64,000 nucleotides of DNA. It comes from Parcubacteria group bacterium CG1_02_58_44 (GTDB lineage: Bacteria; Patescibacteriota; Patescibacteriia; SG8-24). Positions 59,386 to 64,000 of this stretch are shown here, piece by piece; positions within the stretch are counted from its first letter, which is position 1; the number at the start of each line of letters is the position of its first letter. The notes under the pieces are model-generated. The model did no database searches, was not told the origin of the DNA, and saw only the letters and a list, made by a program, of their open reading frames with translations. The DNA lies in NCBI GenBank assembly GCA_001872545.1, contig MNWN01000041.1:218-64217 (forward strand), written 5' to 3'. The position numbers and the translations under genes are program-made.

Positions 59386-60957
59386 ATGTCCCAAGCCGAA
59401 AGAATCCCGCCGCAAAACCTGGAGGCCGAGCAGTCGTTCCTCGGCGCACTGCTCATCGACCGTGATGCGATACTCAGGATCGCCGACTCCGTCCGTCCGG
59501 AGGACTTCTACAAGCAGAGCCACGCCGACATCTTCCGTGCCGTCCTCGACCTGCACGCCAAGCGCGAGCCGATCGACCTGCTGTCGCTGACCAACCGACT
59601 GGAGGAAATGACCCGACTGGAGTCGATCGGCGGACGGACCTACCTGACGGAGCTGACGACTCTGGTCCCGTCGGCTGCACACGTCAACCACTACGCCGCC
59701 ATCATCCAGAAGAAGGCCACCCTGCGCCGCCTGCTGGCCGCGGCCGGCGAGATCACAACTCTGGCCTTCGAGGACATCGACGACGTGGACAGCCTGCTCG
59801 ACTCGGCGGAGCAGACTCTGTTCGGCGTCTCGCAGAAGTACCTCAAGACCAACTTCACACCGCTCAAGGACGCGCTGTCCGAGGCGTTCGAGCGCATCGA
59901 CGAGCTGCACCGCGAGCGCGGCAAGCTGCGCGGCATCACCACCGGCTACCGCGACCTCGACGGGCTGCTGGGCGGACTCCAGCGTTCGGACCTGATCGTA
60001 CTCGCCGCCCGGCCTTCGGTCGGCAAGACCAGCTTCGCTCTGGATGTCGCACGCCAGGCGGCGGTCCGCGCCAAGGTGCCGGTCGGCATCTTCTCGCTAG
60101 AGATGTCCAAGGAACAGCTGGTCGACCGCATGATCTGCGCCGAGGCCGGCGTGGACCTCTGGCGCATGCGCCGCGGACAGCTGAACGACAGCGACGATCA
60201 GGGCGACTTCTCCCGCATCGGACATGCCCTCGGCAACCTGTCCGAGGCGCCGATCTTCATCGACGACTCGTCCAGCATTAATGTCATGGAAATACGGACC
60301 AAGGCCCGCCGGCTGCAGATCGAACACGGACTGGGTTTGCTGGTCATCGACTACATACAGCTGATGGAATCGCGCAGCCGGAGTTCGGACGGCAACCGCA
60401 CCCAAGAGGTCGCCGAGATCACCCGAGGGCTAAAGGGCATCGCCCGCGAACTCAACATTCCGGTCGTCGCCCTGTCCCAGCTGTCGCGCATCACCGAACA
60501 GTCCAAGCCGGCCATCCCCAAACTGTCGCACCTGCGCGACTCGGGGTCGATCGAGCAGGACGCCGACGTGGTGATCTTCATCTACCGCAAGGCCGCAGAC
60601 AAGAACTACCGCACCGAAGAGATACCGCTCGACGAGCGGTACTTGGCCGAGATACACGTAGCCAAGCACCGCAACGGACCGACCGGCGTGATCAAGATGT
60701 TCTTCGACGAAGCCCGAGTCAGTTTCCGCGACCTGGACAAGAAGTTCTCCGGCAACGACTACGCCCTACCGGCCTACAGTCCACCACCTCAGACGGTGGT
60801 CCAGCCTACGCCAACTCCTCAAGTCGTCATGGCCGCCGCACCGGCACCTATGGTCATGCCATCGCCGAGCCCGGGACAGATACCGCCCGGCAACAGCGGC
60901 CGGACTGCAGGCACCGAGGGAGCCGCCGCGGTACAAAATGCGGTCCCGGACTTCTAA
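59386..60957 (+). CDS. dnaB: Replicative DNA helicase
   Basis: PPQNLEAEQ, AARPSVGKT, IDYIQLM, LRDSGSIEQDAD, KHRNGPTG. Confidence 0.98.
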   Translation: MSQAERIPPQNLEAEQSFLGALLIDRDAILRIADSVRPEDFYKQSHADIFRAVLDLHAKREPIDLLSLTNRLEEMTRLESIGGRTYLTELTTLVPSAAHVNHYAAIIQKKATLRRLLAAAGEITTLAFEDIDDVDSLLDSAEQTLFGVSQKYLKTNFTPLKDALSEAFERIDELHRERGKLRGITTGYRDLDGLLGGLQRSDLIVLAARPSVGKTSFALDVARQAAVRAKVPVGIFSLEMSKEQLVDRMICAEAGVDLWRMRRGQLNDSDDQGDFSRIGHALGNLSEAPIFIDDSSSINVMEIRTKARRLQIEHGLGLLVIDYIQLMESRSRSSDGNRTQEVAEITRGLKGIARELNIPVVALSQLSRITEQSKPAIPKLSHLRDSGSIEQDADVVIFIYRKAADKNYRTEEIPLDERYLAEIHVAKHRNGPTGVIKMFFDEARVSFRDLDKKFSGNDYALPAYSPPPQTVVQPTPTPQVVMAAAPAPMVMPSPSPGQIPPGNSGRTAGTEGAAAVQNAVPDF

Positions 60958-61069
60958 AAATAGGGAGCTGCAGAGACGAAGTGCCGTCGACATCCAGCCG
61001 ACGGCATTGACTGTCGGCCTCGAGTACGAAACCATGAAGGCACAAAACACCTAAGAACCAGACAAACGT

Positions 61070-61363
61070 ATGTTCAACAAGCTCAAGCAGGTCAAGGATC
61101 TCCGCGACAAGGCAAAACAGCTGCAGTCCAAACTGGGAGAGGTCACAGTCGAGGGCTCGGCGGCCTGGGGCAAGGTCCGCATCGAGATCGACGGCAACCA
61201 GTCGGTCAGGAAGATCGACATCAGTCCTGACATGATGTCCGACCGCAGCAAACTGGAGGATGCGCTCCGTGAGGCGTTCAACGACTCGGTCAAGAAGGTG
61301 CAGCGCAAGATGATCGAGGTAATGAAACAGAGCGGCGACCTGAACATTCCAGGGCTGCAGTAG
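61070..61363 (+). CDS. YbaB/EbfC nucleoid-associated protein
   Basis: Typical size and sequence pattern; directly upstream of recR. Confidence 0.88.
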   Translation: MFNKLKQVKDLRDKAKQLQSKLGEVTVEGSAAWGKVRIEIDGNQSVRKIDISPDMMSDRSKLEDALREAFNDSVKKVQRKMIEVMKQSGDLNIPGLQ

Positions 61364-61372
61364 GGCAAGAAA

Positions 61373-62032
61373 ATGAACAACTTTCCAGAACCGATCGGAC
61401 GTCTCATCGACGAGTTGGGCCAGCTGCCCGGCGTCGGGCCGAAAACCGCCGAACGCTACGCCTTTGCGCTGCTCAAGAGACGTCCCGACGACCGCGAACG
61501 TCTGGCCGAAGCCATCATGGAGGCCGGCGGATCGCTGACTGCCTGCTCCACCTGCGGCAACTATACCGAGAGCGACCCCTGCAACATCTGCTCTGACGCC
61601 AGACGCGACCGCGGAGTGATCTGTGTGGTCGCCACCGAACAGGACCTGCTGGCCGTGGAACGCACCAGGGAATTCGGCGGCCTCTACCACGTGCTCGGCG
61701 GTCGCCTGTCGCCGGCCGAGGGACTGACGCCGCGCGAACTGAACGTACGGCAGCTGGTCGCCCGCCTCCAAAACTCGACCGTCAGGGAGATCATCCTGGC
61801 CTTCGACCATACCATCGAGGGCGAATCGACCATGATGTACCTGACCAGAACGGTAAGCCAGTTCAATGTCCGGGTCACCAGGCTGGCGCGCGGCCTGCCG
61901 ATCGGCAGCGAAGTCGGCTATGCCGACGAGATCACCCTGACTGACGCGCTGAAGGGCCGCAGCGAGATACGAAGCGGAATCCCTGCCGTGCCGACCCAGA
62001 CTCCCGCAGTCGAAGAAAAACTGCCGACCTGA
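61373..62032 (+). CDS. recR: Recombination mediator RecR
   Basis: LPGVGPKTAER, C4 zinc finger, YHVLGG, TRLARGLP. Confidence 0.97.
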   Translation: MNNFPEPIGRLIDELGQLPGVGPKTAERYAFALLKRRPDDRERLAEAIMEAGGSLTACSTCGNYTESDPCNICSDARRDRGVICVVATEQDLLAVERTREFGGLYHVLGGRLSPAEGLTPRELNVRQLVARLQNSTVREIILAFDHTIEGESTMMYLTRTVSQFNVRVTRLARGLPIGSEVGYADEITLTDALKGRSEIRSGIPAVPTQTPAVEEKLPT

Positions 62033-62117
62033 CGAAAAAAAGAAAAAGGGGTCATGGCCGACCGGCGATGTCCCCTCTCCAGACCAAAAAGTCCGGCGCG
62101 CGCCGGACTTTTCCGTT

Positions 62118-62438
62118 TTAACCCTTGACTTCCTCGATACGAATCTCGGTGAAGTGCTGCCGATGGCCGGCCGCCTTGTGGTAGCGGACCTTCGGCTTGT
62201 ACTTGACCACCTCAATCCTGCGGCTGCGGCCCTCACCGAGGACCACCGCGCTGACCGAGGCACCGGCCACAGTCGGTGTGCCGACCTTGGCTTCCTTGTC
62301 GTCCTCGTCCGCAACCAGGAGCGGTTCGAAGTTCAGCCTGTCGCCTTCCTTGGCTTCCAGTTTCTCTATCCTGATGACGTCTCCCGGCTTGACGATATAC
62401 TGCTTACCGCCGGTCTCTATAACTGCAATTTGGGCCAT
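62118..62438 (-). CDS. rplU: 50S ribosomal protein L21
   Basis: AVIETGGKQY, GHRQHFT. Confidence 0.97.
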   Translation of the reverse strand: MAQIAVIETGGKQYIVKPGDVIRIEKLEAKEGDRLNFEPLLVADEDDKEAKVGTPTVAGASVSAVVLGEGRSRRIEVVKYKPKVRYHKAAGHRQHFTEIRIEEVKG

Positions 62439-62482
62439 AATATTTTGCTTGGAATGCTTTTTTGGGGCTAAGCAGGAATACT

Positions 62483-63016
62483 TTAACGCAAGCCGCCCAA
62501 CCTGTCAACGTCAGCCGTAGCCGACTGCCCCAGCCTGATGTCATGTCTCTCGATGAAACCGGCCGGCACCTCCAGCACCGCTCCGGCGGGCTCGAGCGGC
62601 GTGAAGACCTGCGGCGGCTCGCCCTCAGAAGGCGGCAGCAGCCCGTAGCTCAGGTCGACGACCTGCCCGTCCCGGATCCAGATCGCCTCGATCGGAAACC
62701 TCATGTCCTTCATCCAGAAGGCGTATTTCTTCGGTTCCGAAAACAGAAACAGCACGCCGGCATCCTCCGGCAGGCCGGCCCGACCGGACAGTCCGCGCTG
62801 GCGAGTCGAATCGCTGGCCGCAACCTCGACGTTCACCGTTACGACTCCGTTAAGAATTACCTGCCCATGCCCAAAACCGTGCTGCTGCCAACGGAGCAGC
62901 AGCGTCGCCACGGCCAGGACGGCCAACGTCGCCACGGCGATGGTGCCGCGCCAGCCGACCGTGCGGATCGACGAGAGGATGGGCCGATAGCTATCGTCCG
63001 AATGTCTTGTCGTCAT
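62483..63016 (-). CDS. DUF192 domain protein
   Basis: VEVA...RQRGLSGR...GVLF...FWMKDMRFP...VLEVPAG. Confidence 0.9.
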   Translation of the reverse strand: MTTRHSDDSYRPILSSIRTVGWRGTIAVATLAVLAVATLLLRWQQHGFGHGQVILNGVVTVNVEVAASDSTRQRGLSGRAGLPEDAGVLFLFSEPKKYAFWMKDMRFPIEAIWIRDGQVVDLSYGLLPPSEGEPPQVFTPLEPAGAVLEVPAGFIERHDIRLGQSATADVDRLGGLR

Positions 63017-64000
63017 CTGTCGTCAGGCTACTTTTGGAAATCGCATTACGCTGACGGACTATCATCAGCAGGGCCACGCCGGCCAAAGCCAGACTGCCTA
63101 TCAGTCCGAGTACGGCGACCTTCTGCGGTCCGTGCAGCAGCAGCGTCGAGGTGCCGAATGCCGCCGCCAATACCCAGTATAGCAGTACGGCCTGACCGTG
63201 CGGTACGCCGCTGTCGACCAGCAGGAAGTGCAGATGGGACCGGTCGCCTCCGAACGGCGACCTTCCGTGCAGCATCCGCCGCACCACCACGACCACCGCA
63301 TCAAACAGCGGCAGGCCGAGCACCAGCAGTGTCGTGGCGATCTTCCCGCCCGAGATGATGGCCAGCGTGCCGAGCAGGAAGCCGGCCAACGTCGATCCTC
63401 CCTCGCCCAGAAACATGCGCGCCGGATGGAAGTTGAAGACCAGAAAGCCGGCGAACACCCCGGCGATCGCCAAAGCCAGAAGGGCGGTGTCGGTCTGGGC
63501 CACGTCGCGCGTCAGGCTGACCGCAGCCACGACCAGACAGCCGATCACCGTCACGCCGGACACCAAACCGTCGAGTCCGTCCAGAAACTTGGTGGTGTAG
63601 GTCAAGGTCAGGAGCCAAATCATGGCGAACAGGTCCGCGAGCAGAGTCAGACGATACGGAATGCCGTCGAACCAGAGGACGGTAGTGGTGATCCGGTCGA
63701 GCTCGATCAGTCCGCCGAACGGATTGGTGACGTAGGCCACGCCGACACCGCTCGCGATGACCGCGGTCACGGCCAGGAGCGGCCAGATCAACTGACGTAG
63801 CGGCTTGAGATTGAAGCGATCGTCCAACGCACCGCCGAAGGCCAGAAACGACGCGGCCGCGATGATGCCGACCAGGTACTTGGCCTTGATATGCGAACCG
63901 TTGAACAGTCCGAGCGACGACATGACCACGACCGCTCCGACCAGGGACAGATAGATGGCAAAGCCGCCCAAAAGCGGCGTCGGGGTGCGATGCTGTTTTC
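62991..64000 (-). CDS. MraY/WecA-family polyprenyl-phosphate sugar-1-phosphate transferase (5' partial)
   Basis: GALDD, DGLDGL, FNFHPARMFLGEGG, DRSHLH. Confidence 0.92.
   Translation of the reverse strand, partial: KQHRTPTPLLGGFAIYLSLVGAVVVMSSLGLFNGSHIKAKYLVGIIAAASFLAFGGALDDRFNLKPLRQLIWPLLAVTAVIASGVGVAYVTNPFGGLIELDRITTTVLWFDGIPYRLTLLADLFAMIWLLTLTYTTKFLDGLDGLVSGVTVIGCLVVAAVSLTRDVAQTDTALLALAIAGVFAGFLVFNFHPARMFLGEGGSTLAGFLLGTLAIISGGKIATTLLVLGLPLFDAVVVVVRRMLHGRSPFGGDRSHLHFLLVDSGVPHGQAVLLYWVLAAAFGTSTLLLHGPQKVAVLGLIGSLALAGVALLMIVRQRNAISKSSLTTDDDKTFGR

Overview
This is a 64 kb bacterial chromosomal segment, GC-rich in most coding regions. RpoA without an alpha-CTD, a short L13, a short AlaRS, a helicase-degenerate PriA and a TrwB/HerA-like ATPase pair suggest a Patescibacteria/CPR genome (inference). 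Most genes are housekeeping: gltX, clpB with a CIRCE operator, lexA, priA-def-fmt, a glycosyltransferase/flippase cluster, infA-rpmJ-rpsM-rpsK-rpsD-rpoA-rplQ-rplM-rpsI, alaS, mnmA, secD/secF/secA, murB/murC, Elp3, glyA-folD, dnaB, recR and rplU. The standout is a complete IS1595-family element (3428-5343; 25-bp terminal inverted repeats, 7-bp target duplication) with a passenger cassette. The cassette holds a small coiled-coil/winged-helix-like ORF, a multibranch RNA structure and a tRNA gene with a tRNA-Leu-type body but a Ser (UGA) anticodon arm. The tRNA's 5' leader and 3' trailer can pair to bury the CCA end, and an antisense promoter candidate points into it. Together this may be a mobile, latent Ser-to-Leu mistranslating tRNA module (hypothesis). 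A second accessory region (40.3-44.9 kb) holds nucleotide-processing genes, a Bsr-like deaminase, an IS5 element and a gene split by an apparent 1.5-kb inversion. All calls come from reading the sequence by eye; no searches were run.
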